Source: Phoronis australis (Eukaryota; Animalia; Phoronida). Taken from it: a stretch of DNA of 64,000 bases. The translations under genes and the position numbers were made by a program. Below the pieces are notes generated by a model. The model was not told the origin of the DNA and searched no databases. It saw only the letters and a list, made by a program, of their open reading frames with translations. Below, piece after piece: positions 39,530-53,500 of this stretch. Each line of letters begins with the position of its first letter. Position 1 is the stretch's first letter. Location: the NCBI GenBank assembly GCA_002633005.1, contig NMRA01000339.1, positions 430,800 through 494,799 on the forward strand. The letters are read 5' to 3'.

Positions 39530-39825
39530 TGTGTTTTTTAAATTTGTTTATTTTTTATTGGTATAAAGAACACTAATACAAAGACATGAAAGACAGGAAG
39601 CACACCCTCTCACTCTCAACACACGCACCCGCTCCCCCTCAACATACCCACCCACTACCCACTTTTAGTAGGGTGTTGTCGGGTAAAAGTTATGGATAAC
39701 CAGTATCACCTGGTATTCATCTAAATTACCATTATTTAATAAAATTTTTCTTTGAGTACAAAATTCTCTTTCTAATATCTTAAGAAAACGACAGAAACTG
39801 AGGATTAAATTTTACACTTAGATAC
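39530..39825 (-). mobile_element. Possible LINE 3' end remnant
   Basis: T-rich tail (tttttta..tttatttttt) followed by UTR-like and K/R/E-rich decayed coding sequence on the minus strand. No TSD resolved. Confidence 0.3.
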
Positions 39826-40249
39826 GTTCATCTCGACCACTTGCATGTACCTAGCAGAGCGTTAGATCGAGACTGCGGGGTTGCTTGGGATTCCGAGCTG
39901 AGTGATCTCAGAAAATCAGTCGCACTCAACCCACTCGTGATCGGTAAATGGCAGTACTTTAAGCCTGGTAAGTGGTAAAGTAGCCTTGATTTCTAAGAAT
40001 AGTTGCCACCAGCTAACTTCGAGCTTTGACGATTTTTAACAAAAAAACAATGGAATTTGCCCATTTCATAACTCTGGTCGAAGCCAATAAATCAAATACG
40101 TCTATTCCATCCAAAGATTAATCCTCACAAAAGCGTTTCTGCGGTAAAACCGATAATGTCCCTTTATTGTAACTCTGCCAAATTTTATGAATTTTCTCGA
40201 AGCAGTTCAGTGGCCCGGCAAATAGAGAGGCACGCGACGCGGTTCGAAA

Positions 40250-40571
40250 GCGTTCAGAGGGAGAGGACGGCGTAATGCATCTGCGTACGTTGTTTGAAGA
40301 CGCAATGCTCAGAGAAATTTGTAGTACGGTGTATGAAGATGATTTTGTAAGAAAACTCTCGGGGTGGCAAAATTGAGGAATTTATTTCATTGATATGATT
40401 AAACAATTCTTGATTATTTTGTGGCTGCCCACGCCAAATGATGTCGTTTGGAGGTCGCAAGATTTTGTTTAACTTGCGATATCCATGCCACGGGAGTATT
40501 AAGTACTTTGATAAGTCAACTTGTGATAGATTACTGACTTCTTTGCCGTCCTTGGAAACATTCTGTGAAAC
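40250..40571 (-). other. EPDR-B terminal exon after the stop codon (3' UTR or readthrough extension); 3' end approximate
   Basis: Acceptor tttttccattgcag; paralogous to 15950-16263. Confidence 0.6.
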
Positions 40572-41952
40572 CTGCAATGGAAAAATAAAGGTATTAGCCG
40601 GGGTGTCGTGCAGTAGCGGTGTCATTCCATTTGAATGATTGCTTCTTCAATTGGTGTTATCAGCTGCCACACACTCGATTTGGATTCGAAATTCTACTCG
40701 AAATTGACCAACTGAATGGTAATTTTTTACTCAAATCACTAGGCATGTGACGCGCACGGTTACATGCTCTTTCCAATGCATAGAGAAAATATCATACAAC
40801 GCGAGTTTTCGTGGATTAAAACATTAAACGAAGTTTCATTTGGATATTTCGATTGTTGAAAAATCAAATCTTGGCTGTTGTTGAGGAATATATAAGTATA
40901 ATGCTTTCTAATGAGAAATGCCTTCACGGCGGCTTGTCTTGCTGCAACCACAAGAACGGGTCTGGGTCGGAATAAATCGATGAATCATAACGCTAAATCG
41001 TCGTGAGAGACCGTCCGGAGTTGGTACATGGTGCAACTCGGGACGGTCTGGGTTCAACAGAAAACCACTGTTCAACTGTGAGTCTACACCAATGTGACAA
41101 ACGAGAGTAGTTTTACTTGCTACGTCAGCTGCAGGTATGCTTATCTCTTTTATGACACCCAATGTGTGATTAAGCAAAGCGTTTTCAAAATAATGTGGAT
41201 ATATCAACGGAGTGTGAGACCCCTGAGGTCCCTGTCAAGTTCTCACGACAATTCTACGTTATGTCTTCACGATTTCGTGTTTTTTGACTCGGGCAAATTA
41301 CTGACATAGACAACACGTCAAATAACAACAAAGCTATTCGCAATACTTTCCGGATCATTGTTGCACTACAACTATACGACAAGCAAAACATTCAAATAAA
41401 AGCATGCGCCTAGATTCCCTAGCACGGAGTTCTGTCTGTTCGCCATCCTTGTTTTACAGGACCAGTCTGTTGTACAGATGGCGCTGTGACTGAAGCCCGT
41501 TTCGCATCAATTAGCTACATGTATTCACTACAACAACACTTCTGAAAGCCGGGAACTTCCTGGAAGGTACAAGAGCAGTAAAACTCAAAGAGTGACAGGA
41601 GTTTCTCGCTGGACAGGAGTAGTGCCGTAATAACAGTCATGAGTAAAGTTGCAGTGATCACGTAGTTCGCTTGTAGCCAATTGCGTTTTCGTAATTTTTT
41701 GCCCCTTAGGAACGCACCCCAGGACAACAAAATAAAAGTGCTTATTCAGCTGGGGCTCGATCTGTCAAAGGTCGTAAGCCCGGTCTTATGGCACACAGTT
41801 CCTTAACGTGACTCGAGTGAAGTCTGAATCCGACTGAAAAAATATTCAACCTTACGTCAGTTACAACGTTAGGGGATCTTTTATATCCAGCGTCGAGTTT
41901 AGAGTACAGTGTCCACGACCGATAAAACTGCCGGGACTCTGAAAACTTACGG

Positions 41953-42053
41953 CTATTTGCACTCGGGTGGAATCTCCAACACGCTTGGGTCCGGGATACC
42001 AAGAGTGGCGTTGACGAAGGTAACGGAAGCCATAATGTAAGTGGTTTTAGCGC
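41953..42053 (-). CDS. EPDR: EPDR-B coding exon 5
   Basis: AKTTYIMASVTFVNATLGIPDPSVLEIPPECK*, TAG at 41955-41953. Confidence 0.9.
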
Positions 42054-45000
42054 CTGAAATGTACAACAGTGGCAGGCTGTAAGTACGAGGCGAAGATAAT
42101 CTAAAGATGGTTGCTTTTTAGCTGATCTATGATAATGTCCAAGAGGTATCACTCGGGTTGCCCTGTTTTACAAATGACTTCAGTGGTGTCGTTGAGACGA
42201 GGAAATAAAAGTGAAATTAACTGCGATTCAATTGAAGATCATAACGTAGAACGTTCAAGTCCACGGAGTAAATCACACTTCATGAGCATAAAAATTCATG
42301 ACCCATGGTCTAGCTCTCCATACTGCGACTTTGCTTGACCTATTAAATCCGGGTTAGGTTACATAGGAGAATCATACAATGTATCATATCTCAGAAGCTA
42401 CGGATTGGATTCATATGAAACTTTCAGATACGTGCGTTATGCACTCACAGTTTTCTAAAATGTGTTTAGGGATTTTTTAAATGTCCCGCTTTTGTATTAG
42501 GGCAACATGTACATGTATGAAAATCGGACATTTATGATTTTGATGAGAAATTTTCATAAAACGAAAACGAAATTCTAATTCAGAAAACTAAAACAAAATT
42601 TTGAGATTTCATTTTAAACAATTGCATCAAACTAACTTTAGTCGAGTGAACGGATATCGTTGTTTGGCTATGGATACATGTACCTTTGTTTTTGCTAATT
42701 TTACTGAAACGACACGGTCGCGTGACACAATTAATGACACATTGGTATAAATTCAAACACCAAATACTGCTGGCTTTCTAATTTCAGACAATATTTACCT
42801 TTACTGATTTGAAAGCCATTATAGCTTTGTTTTTGTAGATACTTGGCTAAATACACAGACTAGACGATGAGGTCCGACGTAATCTTAATTAAAGTGCTAA
42901 ATACTTAGGTGTCTGTTGGTTTGTGCTCAAGTATATGAGTAGCGTTTTTGCAAATGAGCTTTTGATGCAAGGTAAAACTCAATGTCCCCAAATTCGAATT
43001 ACAATGTAGAGTTCAGTTTGAGATAAAGCTGGAGGTTTAGATTTAAATTTTAATGCTGGGATCGTCAATCATAATCTTAAAGAGGTCTAGAACGTGATAA
43101 ACAGACTAAAGTGCAATATTGAAAGCGGTTCTCTGCCACTGAAACAAAATTCAACCTAGTCACTAGGTATTTTTAGGGTTTGTTCGTAAAGATTTTTAAT
43201 TTCTGTTGATATCAAAGCCTTTTCTTTTTGTTTCAAATTTCAAAAAACAACATGTCAGCTGATCACCACTTCGTCGATTTTTTCTCCCACAAGGCAAAGC
43301 ACGTTTTGGTATGGCATGAAATGAGCGTTGCACATTTCCTTAATATGTAAATTGCAACTTTTGACCTCCAGCGATTTCAAACAACTGACTGTGAGCGCAT
43401 GCGCGCATTTATCATAAGTGGGAGGGCGATTTGAAACTCTGTGGTAACTACCTACAGAGTTTTTCCTTCACGCAAATTTCAAAATTCGAAAATTTTGTGA
43501 TTTTCATGGAAATTTCGCCACAGGGAAAAGTGAGTTGCTCTGTAAAAGACGTTGTGAGGTGGTACTAACGACCGGGATTTTTAAAAAGATATATTTTACG
43601 AGCTTTCGCGTTCCTTGCATTTTTAAACCATGATGATGTAATCAAACACAGACAAGTTAAAATTTCTTGAGTTAGTATTTAGTTCAGCAGAAATTGTCTA
43701 TGTCTAAATACGAGTTCGAATTCGTCGATTACGGGATGCAAAAAAGCAGTCATATCTGACTGAACATGCATGGTAGTGAGGAGTGAAAAATCTACAGGTA
43801 CACTCTAAATTCGGGTGATAGACTTCATACTGTACACGATCTTTTTTATTTGACAACGAATTTCATGATGAACTGTTTGATTTTTCAGAGTAAAAATTGA
43901 CGAATTGAATAAGAATTAGTCAATTCGTCGCGTTTACGACCACTAACAGGGGTGGTAGGGCCAATTAAAGTTGTTAACATGTTGTTTAGGTCAGACAATT
44001 CAGGGCTTTTCAAGGCGAATGAGAAGGCCTACTTATAGGCGATTGAACAGTGACGGGCCTAACCGAGGATACATGTATACAAATTCCCCAAACTAATGGC
44101 TTACCAATCGTAATATCTCCAGTAGATACTGTCGTCATAGGGATGCAAGTTTTGGTGTCAAGAGTCATATAGATCTGTGTTGTGCCGTTGTAGGCCTCTG
44201 AAGGTGGAATTGATAGCGCTAAGCAATCGGTCTTCGTAGAACCCATGATGAACGTACCGCAATAGTTCAGATCTGAAACCAAGTTCAAAAACAATGTGAC
44301 GAGCAAGAGAATGGTAATTTTGAATATTGATAATATAAATTTTTATCTTGATTGAATATAAGATGCCAAAATGTTAACTCTAAGCTCGAAAATAGTAACA
44401 CCAGAATCCTTCTTACTGGATGGGTTTGTGTACGCAGGCAGAGGAGTTTTGTAGCACATTCCATTGGTTGCGGTGTACGTTATTTGCTGAAAATAAAAAC
44501 AACCGACGTCAATTAAAAATATATGCTGGAATAGGCTTAAGTACAAAGTTACAAGTTATCATATTGTTTTGTCAAATGACCGGAGTGAGTTTTCTAGCTT
44601 CATCGTTTTGTCCACAACAGAGATATCTTCAATCCAAGAACACGTACATGTACCAATGTTGAGTTTGGTACATTTCGCACCTGTTTTTCGCAGGACGCGT
44701 TGCGCTATTCAATGCTGCACAGAACTTTTCTACGTTATAGGAGAGCAATTGATTTCAAGTACTGGATCTCTGTCGGGGGGAGGCTACCATATAAATTTCT
44801 TTTTCACTATCCCATATTGGTATATTTGGATGTCGTTAGGGAGACCGAGCACTATTTCAAAGGACAAGCTTACTTGGGACATTATGTTGTACGTTTGCCC
44901 AGGCATGACCAAATACCAACGCAAAATCAAATATTCTCGTTGAAAATACACGGCAGTCCTGTCTGTGCGAGTACTAGGTATTGAACTCTACCAAGATAAA

Positions 45001-48000
45001 CCACAGATCATCTTTCAAGCGGTAGAGGCGTTATTCATACATGTACATGTATGTAGTTTGGAACGCGACCAATGAGTTTGCTCTCAGATTCGTTTTCGTA
45101 ATACATGAATTGGAGAATAAGGGCATAACGCCGAAAGTAGTGACATCTGTAGTGTAAGAAACGCATTCACGTGCACATTAAAATAGTACAATAGCGGTTT
45201 CGTGGATATCGCCCTACGAGAGGTTTAGCCTACCCGGATGTCGTGGCGCTCAGATGATGACTTTTTCGCGTCCAGTTTTCCTATGGAAGGGTGTTTTTCA
45301 AACAAAGTTAACTTTGAGAATTCGAAAATCGTCATTAAAAAACGTTCCTCTCTCCACTCTCAACTACAAAAACCTACAAAGAGGATTTCAAATATTATAT
45401 CAAACTTAACTTAACACACCAAAGATACATGTATGCTCCTCTTTAACAATACGAAATTTCTGTATTGTTTCAGGTTCACAGGTTAAAAAACATCTGCCCA
45501 AGAATCTCTACAAAACGGTGGCAATTAGAAATGTGTATTAAAAGTTGTTTTTTATGGACAATCATTAGAAATGTGCCCGTTTTTGAGCTTATTCTCTTGG
45601 AAGTCTGGTGTTCTACAACTGTACCCTAGTCAAAATATAATCGATTCCCTTCGGGTATCCGACGTTTTTTTGGAAACGGTACATAGCCCGGTATACAATA
45701 AAATAAAAATGACACAACCCGACTTTCATTTCTTCCCAAAAATCCTGATATGTTCAAACTTAACTGAATTTGTATCATTTTTTACAGTTTAATTTGTATG
45801 TTTATTGCTTCACCACCAACTAAAACGGCAACGTTTGTGAGTGACATCTGACAGGTGCATAATAGGTACTCACTCAACTGCCGCCGATGAGATTTCAGCA
45901 GAAAATCCACCCACTTTTATATATTTTTAAATAAATAGCAACGTCATAAGGCAAACGCAACTTTACTGAACGTTAGTACGAATTAGCGACATCTGTCGAA
46001 ACTCATCACGTGATCTAAATTAGTGATTAGGAATTTGCTTCAAAAATCTAAGCAGCTTCAAAGAGAAGCTTTGAAACATACACGTAGCGATGAGTCGTTC
46101 AATATCTGTTAAGTAAATAGAAACTAAATTGCGAGAAAAATTTTTAGAGAAAATAATTTCACTGACGGCGCTTATGTAGAGATGCTAAGTGAATCTATCA
46201 CAATGGGGTTTCACTGAGATTTTCTAATGCGTGAAATTTGGTTAATAATGCATGTATATGCTTTAGTGTTGATCTTTGTGGCAACGAAAGTACATTTTTA
46301 AACTGTAGCCGATTGCTATGACAGATGGGACGTACCAAAAAGTAATTTATGTTCTTTCGCCAGCATAAAGGTACACGATTCGTCCAATTTCAATTGATGA
46401 AGACAAAATAGGTTCCTGATCCTAAGTGACCCATAACTGCCAAAGGAAAACGTTTCTTTATAGTTACCTTTTTTAAATCAGAAAGAAATCTCTGTTTGTA
46501 TGAGACAGTGCCCACACTTAATGTTTGTGATCCACCTTGAAGCTGCTTCTCCATATCGGAGGACATGGTGCCATCTATCTGAAAGAGTGGTAAACCAAGT
46601 TCGATTCTCGCTTGCTAGCACGCTGCACCGGCTGACTTCCTTTTTCACGAACCATGTTTGTTAGAGAAACGATGTTCGGAGGAAAATTGTTATGACACAA
46701 GTGAGAAAAGAAGTGCGTGGCTTAGAAGTAATTCCAACTCATGAGAAAGTAATTAATAGCTCGTGAGAAAATAAATGTGTTTCAGATTATGGTCGCTGTA
46801 AGAGAGAACGACACTCTACTCTGTTTGAAGCTCTCTTAAACATAAGCAACCGATTTCATTATTGGTTTAACATAACCAGGTTTAAGATTACAACGTGGTC
46901 TTCCTAAACCTGGTCGAAATTTAGACCTAACCTGTATTTCACCAACCTGGCTTAAAAGCCTGAAAGCCTAGTTTTGCTGAACCAGGGAGCAGTTCAGTTA
47001 AACCAGCTTTAAAGTATCCAAGGCCTCCTACTGTGTAGAGCTGGATTAACCCAACAAAGTATCTACTGAAGTGCTTCAATGGAACTGGGATCATGTGGGT
47101 ATCAATGACAGCACACTTGTTGGTAGAATCAGTGCGAACATAGATTTCCTGCTGGCTCTGTCATCAATAAAATGAGGAGCAGAAGGTCGGAAAACTTTTC
47201 TCCTGAGAAAAAAGGTTTCCTCACAGAACTGATTACAGAAAAAAGTTGATGTCATAGGGAGCAAGATTATGGTGCTTGTCATTGTCTGTTTTGTCATTCG
47301 CACACGGTTTTTGAAGTATGTGTCGTCGTAAAATTGAAAATAGTTCATTCTAGCGCTAAAATTGGGTCGGCGACGCAAGTCGCGATGTCTGCCAGCAGCG
47401 CAGTTGAGCACATGTATATCGTGCAAGTCTGAATCAGTCACCTTTCACAGTGTTAAACCTGGACCTGAGGAGGTCTAAAATTAAACCTGGTTTAAGGCCT
47501 TAGTACAGGTCTAAGAAACTTACTTTAAACCAGTTTTAACTTTAAACCACATTTATGAAATCGGCTGAACTAGGCCTTGTCCTGCGGGCGCAATTAACTT
47601 GAAGATATAGTACAAGTTGTTGTTCTCTTTTGTTCACTTTATGTCATATTCAAAAAGTACGTCATTGTCATCTGCTTAGCATATAAACAAGTTTGCAGGC
47701 TGAGTGTCTTAATGTCATTATTTCAACATACTGCGACGATGTGAATTGATAAACTGCCGTCGAAGTTGCTAAACGTTTTTAAGATCGAGTCATTTTTATG
47801 GAGAAAATTATAAACTGCCGTCGAAGTTGCTAAATGTTTTCAAGAACGAGTCCGTTTTATGGAGAAAATGATAAACTGCCGTCGAAGTTGCTAAACGCTT
47901 TCAGGAACGAGTCCGTTTTATGGAGAAAATGATAAACTGCCGTCGAAGTTGCTAAAAGTTTTCAAGAACGAGTCAGTTTTATGGAGAAAATGATGTAATC

Positions 48001-48896
48001 GTTTCTAGAGAGACGTGTTACTAGGAACAGCAACTCCTATGTGAGGTACATGAATAGTGTAAAGATGACCTATTTGCAGAATTTCTGTTTTCAAAAAATG
48101 CCAGTTTATTTTTAGAACGTTGCTTGTTCATAGACGAAAAAGATCTTGTCGAGTTACATGTTTATTTTAAGAACATTCCCGGCTTTTAATTTTGCATGCA
48201 GTTAAGTCATAATATTTGGAATGAGCCAATGAGTGACTGCGCTGGATTTGACTTTGATAATGCCTCTGGTTGAACAGAGGCACTATGGATAATCTTAATT
48301 TATCTACAGGATAGGTTTAATAGTTGTATGCAAGCCAGCCATGTACCAGTAATGGCAAACTTCCAACTAGAAGATCTCGGGATCGAATCATGAAGCGTTC
48401 TGCTTTACTTCACACAATGAAATATTTTCAAAAATTCAAATCGCATTACCATAGCAGCGGTCAACATGGAAAATTATTGAATCCAAAATATGATTGTTTT
48501 ATATTTTCATAATCAGTCGAAATCATATACGGTCGTTTACTTGAAGTTCGTGCTACCCGGTACCATGCATGTAGTTAGGAGAACACCTTTAAAGCCTATT
48601 TTCATGACTTGAATAATGGCAATAGGATGCAGATGCTAAAATAGTGAAGATGCATGTGTAGTCCAGTTATCATTGAAACTCAGCTAATTACTTGACATGC
48701 GCATCATAATTCACTTCCGGTTTAAAAAAGGACTGACCAAGAAATTGAAACTTACAAAGATGTTCTGGGCAACACCGTCAGTAACCTGGCCAACAATTAC
48801 GCCGTGGGCACCTGTATATTGCTTTGCCGGCATCTTGCAGATTTGAGCCTTGAGCGACGTAGCTGCCACCAAAAGAATCGCAATTGTATTGAGCAT
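41953..48896 (-). CDS. EPDR: Ependymin-related protein copy B, complement(join(41953..42053,44105..44272,44417..44486,46468..46578,48756..48896)), 196 aa, secreted
   Basis: Same exon sizes and phases as copy A (141/111/70/168/101 nt). Open frame, six Cys conserved, ends FVNATLGIPDPSVLEIPPECK*. Confidence 0.9.
42435..43873. mobile_element. ~1.4-kb unclassified insertion in EPDR-B intron 4
   Basis: Copy A reads ctttcagatacgtg|ttttatttttcag contiguously (~17270); copy B has this block in between. No TIR or TSD resolved. Confidence 0.5.
44105..44272 (-). CDS. EPDR: EPDR-B coding exon 4
   Basis: LNYCGTF...KTCIPMTTVSTGDITI, donor gtaagc. Confidence 0.88.
44417..44486 (-). CDS. EPDR: EPDR-B coding exon 3
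   Basis: QITYTATNGMCYKTPLPAYTNPS, with an in-frame 6-nt indel relative to A. Confidence 0.85.
46468..46578 (-). CDS. EPDR: EPDR-B coding exon 2
   Basis: IDGTMSSDMEKQLQGGSQTLSVGTVSYKQRFLSDLKK, ctttcag/gtaact. Confidence 0.88.
46847..47567 (-). mobile_element. PIF/Harbinger deletion derivative in EPDR-B intron 1
   Basis: Imperfect TIRs caaccgatttcat.../...atgaaatcggctg with repeated aaacc(t)gg subterminal motifs. ORF 47091..47441 contains RMNYFQFYDDTYFKNRVRMTKQT, like a HARBI1 transposase N-terminus. Absent from copy A. TSD not resolved. Confidence 0.7.
47749..47992. repeat. Minisatellite, 4 x 61 bp
   Basis: Units ataaactgccgtcgaagttgctaaa...ttttatggagaaaat start at 47749, 47810, 47871 and 47932. 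Single copy in paralog A (~21727-21785). Confidence 0.95.
48756..48896 (-). CDS. EPDR: EPDR-B coding exon 1 (signal peptide)
   Basis: ttttccag|ATG, MLNTIAILLVAATSLKAQICKMP..., donor gtaagt. Confidence 0.88.
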
Positions 48897-49221
48897 CTGG
48901 AAAAGCAATATTTATCGATAAATTCAGCAACCATTTACATGAACTTAGACTCCACTGTATTGCGCATAGTACTACCTAGACATGTAATAAGTCGTTATTA
49001 ACGATTCAGGCATTGTAGTAGGCCTAAATGGTCGATGAAAACGGTCCGCTCAGAACAGTTTTTGGTAGCCTCAGTTATCCGCTCGAAGGTGAATGTTATC
49101 TTCCCAGGGCAAACTAAACCAGAAGACTAAGCAATGTAACTACTTTAAAATTCACATGACATGCTGTATAGCACTTTATACATGTAAGCTGTTGATTGTT
49201 GATTAGACCACGTTTTCCTAC

Positions 49222-49295
49222 CTTTCCCAAGTACCGTGAAAGTGATATCAAGAAGTGCTGAATGAATCTATCGCTGACTAAACGCAACTATTATA
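49222..49295 (-). promoter_or_regulatory. Candidate EPDR-B core promoter and 42-nt non-coding first exon
   Basis: TATAATA from 49295, TCATTC with its A at 49263, donor AAG|gtagga at 49221. Spacing identical to copy A. Confidence 0.45.
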
Positions 49296-50543
49296 ATACC
49301 TCACATGTGACTAATCGATTTCGCAAGTTGCCATATATTAAAAAACTCCATCAATTACTTTAGAGTTTTACATCAGGGTATGTTTACGGATGACATCATC
49401 GACACGTTGGTTCAAGGGCTTGGCAGTGTTTTCATAACAATATCCCGTGACTGGCGGCTGACATTCTTTGACCTACATGTATTTTTGCTCACTGAACAAC
49501 ACGTACCACAAGGAAAGAACTATACCTGACTCGCCGATTTTCAGAGGGATTTCATACATTACTACCTCCAAGACTAGTGGCAATTAATATTTTTCCGTCT
49601 GCTCATAGAACTCTAGCAGTCTAATCTCAACTCCCTCACGGGACCTGCATGTATTGGAACTTGCGACCCCCTGACTAGCCACGAGAGCAAGCACTTACTG
49701 TAGAATTTCCGCGGCAGTCTGTAGTTTTGTTCGAGAGTCGATAACTACGGTAGTTATCAAATCAAGTCAAATTCCATTGCTTCCATTGTCATTGATGTTC
49801 ATCACGCGAGATTCTTGAGGTACATTTCCATGCAAACAGGGTTTTCTCGGCAAAATTTGTCAACAAACCCGATGTCATAGACCAAGTAGGCCACCTATCA
49901 AGTTGACTTGGTCGGCTTACACGGTTCGACCTCGCAGACCAAGTAAATGCCTCCGACCGCGAGTGGCAGTGTACAATTGATATCTGAATGTTTGCCACAG
50001 TGTTATAACGAACGGTTCTACCAAACACAGTTTTTCTAAATCACGTAAATTTCATTCTCCTGGGCTTGTTATCAATTTAGGACCTCATGTGGCGCCAATA
50101 AAAAAACTCTGGCCGACAAAAATCTTTATTTTTATCCGTTGAACAAGACGATAATAGAGTAAACGACTGAGCCATGCAGGCAGCGGGCCTCCAGATGGGA
50201 GCACCAGAAAATACACAACGCCACAAATCAAACGTTTAATTTTCACATATAAAATCATTCCTTTCACCTGTTTCTCGCAAGAGAGTTGTCACCCAAATTT
50301 TACGCCTCAGCATTCTGTAGTATTGCTTGCAGGATTACTTGGTCCGGTCTCGTCACCGACAGGCTCGAGTGCGCTGTGCCCGTCACCAAACTCGGGGAAT
50401 TTGAATATTTCATCAGTTCTTGCATGCACTTTTTCTTCAAGGTCGGTTTTTTCTGTTCATAGTTTTCGATGCCCGTAATCGTTTTCCGTGCTTTTCGCTG
50501 TTCGAAAACCATTACATGTACGTTTTCTTGTGGCGCTCTTAAT

Positions 50544-53500
50544 GGGGCTATTCGGAGAATTCTCCTCGCGGTGTCGCTGCTGTACTAGTGGTGATTGAAT
50601 GAGGCTATTCGGAGAATTCTCCTCGCGGTGTCGCTGCTGTACTAGTGGTGATTGTATTGCGCATGCGTCGCTGTCTGCATGTAAACAGCTGGTAAAAAGA
50701 CGGATTGTCATCAAAATACGTCGTAGCGCAAAGCCTTATTATTGCCATTTTCCCTGGTGCAAGTCTTTGATAGGTGGTCACCAATTACCAAAAGACCTAA
50801 GGTTACTACATTCGTGGGACATTGCGGTCAAAAGGGTCAACCAACTGACAAAAAGTGTGTGGATGCTGGAGCCCCTTTGAGAGACTACACAACGTAACTT
50901 GGTAAGATTTTAGCAATCAAGTTTCCATCGACATCGTTCGGTGATGTTATCCCACTGAATAACGGGTTTATTGAATGGAACTAAGTGTTTCTTTTCGGAA
51001 ACTCACCCAGGACGCGGATGCCGGGTAGGCTAGCAGCACATACACTGTATTCACATATTGCCCTCCAGGGGTGGGAATGCGCCCAAAAAGAGGTGTATGG
51101 TGCGTGACGCTCAGAAGTCAATGGTGACTTTTTCACAGCAGTTTCTCTTCAAAGCTATGCTATGCTATGTCCAATAAAATTCTCTAGACGAGTGAGTTTC
51201 CTTATTTTATGGCGGACTCCACCCCCAGGACTACCAGATTAGTTGCTGAATTAACGTGAATAAGCTATTCAGTAAACGTCATAACATTGCATTGGAATAA
51301 AAATTGACTCCTAGAATGAATTTTACTTGTTGAGGTCAGATGTACATTTTAGGTGTCGTGAAAAATACACATTATTAAGTCACTTTTAGCCTGTTTCACA
51401 TAGTTTAATTCAGATCTTAAATAAGACTTGTGTACAAAGATTATTAGTTTCTACATTATAAACGTGAAGATGAAACGTCAAGTATGTTCTGCTTTACTAA
51501 ATAGTTTCGTCTTGTGTTTTCTTTATAATTTGTTAATATTTCTCTGACTATTCTGTTACAAGTGAGAGAAAACAACTGAAACCAGCCGCCTGACCGTCTA
51601 TTTTACCTTCGGACAAAGTGAAAAGCAATCCTTCAGCATTATTCTTAGAAAATTGAACACAATTCAGAAATTTAGCCCTTGATATGCCTGATTATGGACT
51701 CCATTGCGTGGGAAAATTACAATTGTTTTTAACAATGTTGTTTCTTTATATACTTTTCTTGCATGTGGAACTTTTGTTGAGGACAAGTTAACACAAAACT
51801 TAAAATTGTTGAAAGGCCTTTTTAAGAAAGCTCTAAAATAATTACACACACAAACAAATCAAATGCAAAGAAAGCGAATACTTCATTTTGATCGCTGCAT
51901 ATCTCTAAAGGTCAACATGAAAACGACAATTCTCAAGCGTATTCGCTAATCATTTCAGCTTTATAAAGAATAAGCACAACTGCACTGTGTGAGGCTTTAA
52001 AACTGAGGAAACATTGTGGTTTCAATAATAAGTGGCAAACTTGCCTGTTGATGAAAAGTTTATTCGATCATCAAAGTGTAACATTAACGGGCTTTCTATT
52101 GACAATAAGAAAATCGATGCAGTCACTGAATGTCATTTCCCCATGATATGTACCAAATTGAAAAGTTTTTACCATTAATATAAAGCCTTTCTTCGGAAAG
52201 GAAAAGTTAATATCACTCAGTGAGAAAGGAAAGGTACATGTACATGTATTTGTACCAGATGCTTTTGGTTTTCATTTCACAAAGATCTAGTTTCAATAGC
52301 CTATAGAAGCGCTTGTAAAAAGGTCTAGTTTCGGCACGTTTCTTTCCTCCAGGTAACCTCATTCAGCCTAAATTAGATCCTTGAAGGTAAACACAACAGC
52401 ATATCACTTGACTCGTTTTGTGCCCAAAATCTGACCCTGAACTAGACCAGAGTGTCACTACCTCTTCATTATCTTCAATCCAGCATGTTTCTTCCAGGGA
52501 AGGAAATAAGCTATTGTCCACACATGACTTATTGCCTACGAAAGGCCATCCTCACCAACGAGGCTGTCTTTTGGCCCACTCCGTTCGAGCCCCCCCTGGG
52601 TGCGCGCATTTTGGCATAAGTCCATTAAACATGCGAAAACACGCAATTCACAGTGGTTCTCCCTTTTTTTCTAGTCCGCCCGCTTTTTTGTTACCAAGAG
52701 GTCCACAAAAGTCAGGAAATAAAACCCCCTTTCACCAGGGCCACTGACATGTACATTGTGCCATGCAGCACTAATGGTGTGTGGAAATGCTGTGGGAACA
52801 GAAAGGAGTAATAAAGCTGTAGATGAAGAAAGTAGGCTTTAACAATAGATCTACACTGGATGGTAAGATCTTGCTGGTTAGCTGCAGTCAACTCCTTAAA
52901 ACCAGTTTTTGTCCATTCAGGGTCGATGCAGAAGCGATGCATATCTCCTCTGCACGGTACAAGCCCCCAAACCTAAAAAACAAAGGTCACGTGACAACAG
53001 ATATGATAGATTTTCATTTTAACGAGCAATAAATTTCCGGAAGACATAGGATAGGGAGTAAACAAATAGTCTAATGGATTTTTTCGTTCCCTTTGCCATG
53101 GCATTGGGCTTGGATTGTTATCTCACTAACCAATATCGAGATAAACATTCAGCGTTCATTGATGTAACTGTCACTGATAAACCTGTTAGAAATCATTCCA
53201 AACAATAATACTGCTTTGATGTACGAAAACATCCCGAGTGCTACGTCAAGTATCGTAACACGCATCGCAACAAACAAAGATTAACCCGACTTGCGACTGC
53301 CGCGAAGTCGACATCGGCGAGTATCTCTGTTAACTGGCAGAATAAATATGGAATAATCGTTAAAATAATCACATTGTCAAACCTTACCTTTGTATAAGGT
53401 CGTGCTTACTTTCTCTCATAGAAGCACCCTTTTCACGCAATCTCAGATTCAGTTGACACGCCTACAAGGCATTTCACCATGTATTTAAAGGGCTCGCGAA

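Noticed and set aside
40254-40625. 123-aa ORF as an extra EPDR coding exon or separate gene
   Set aside because: The paralogous region in A has frame-shifting indels and a stop in this frame, and the substitutions are non-synonymous.
47749-47992. CRISPR-like regularly spaced repeats
   Set aside because: Whole 61-bp units repeat with no unique spacers, the context is a eukaryotic intron, and there are no cas genes.
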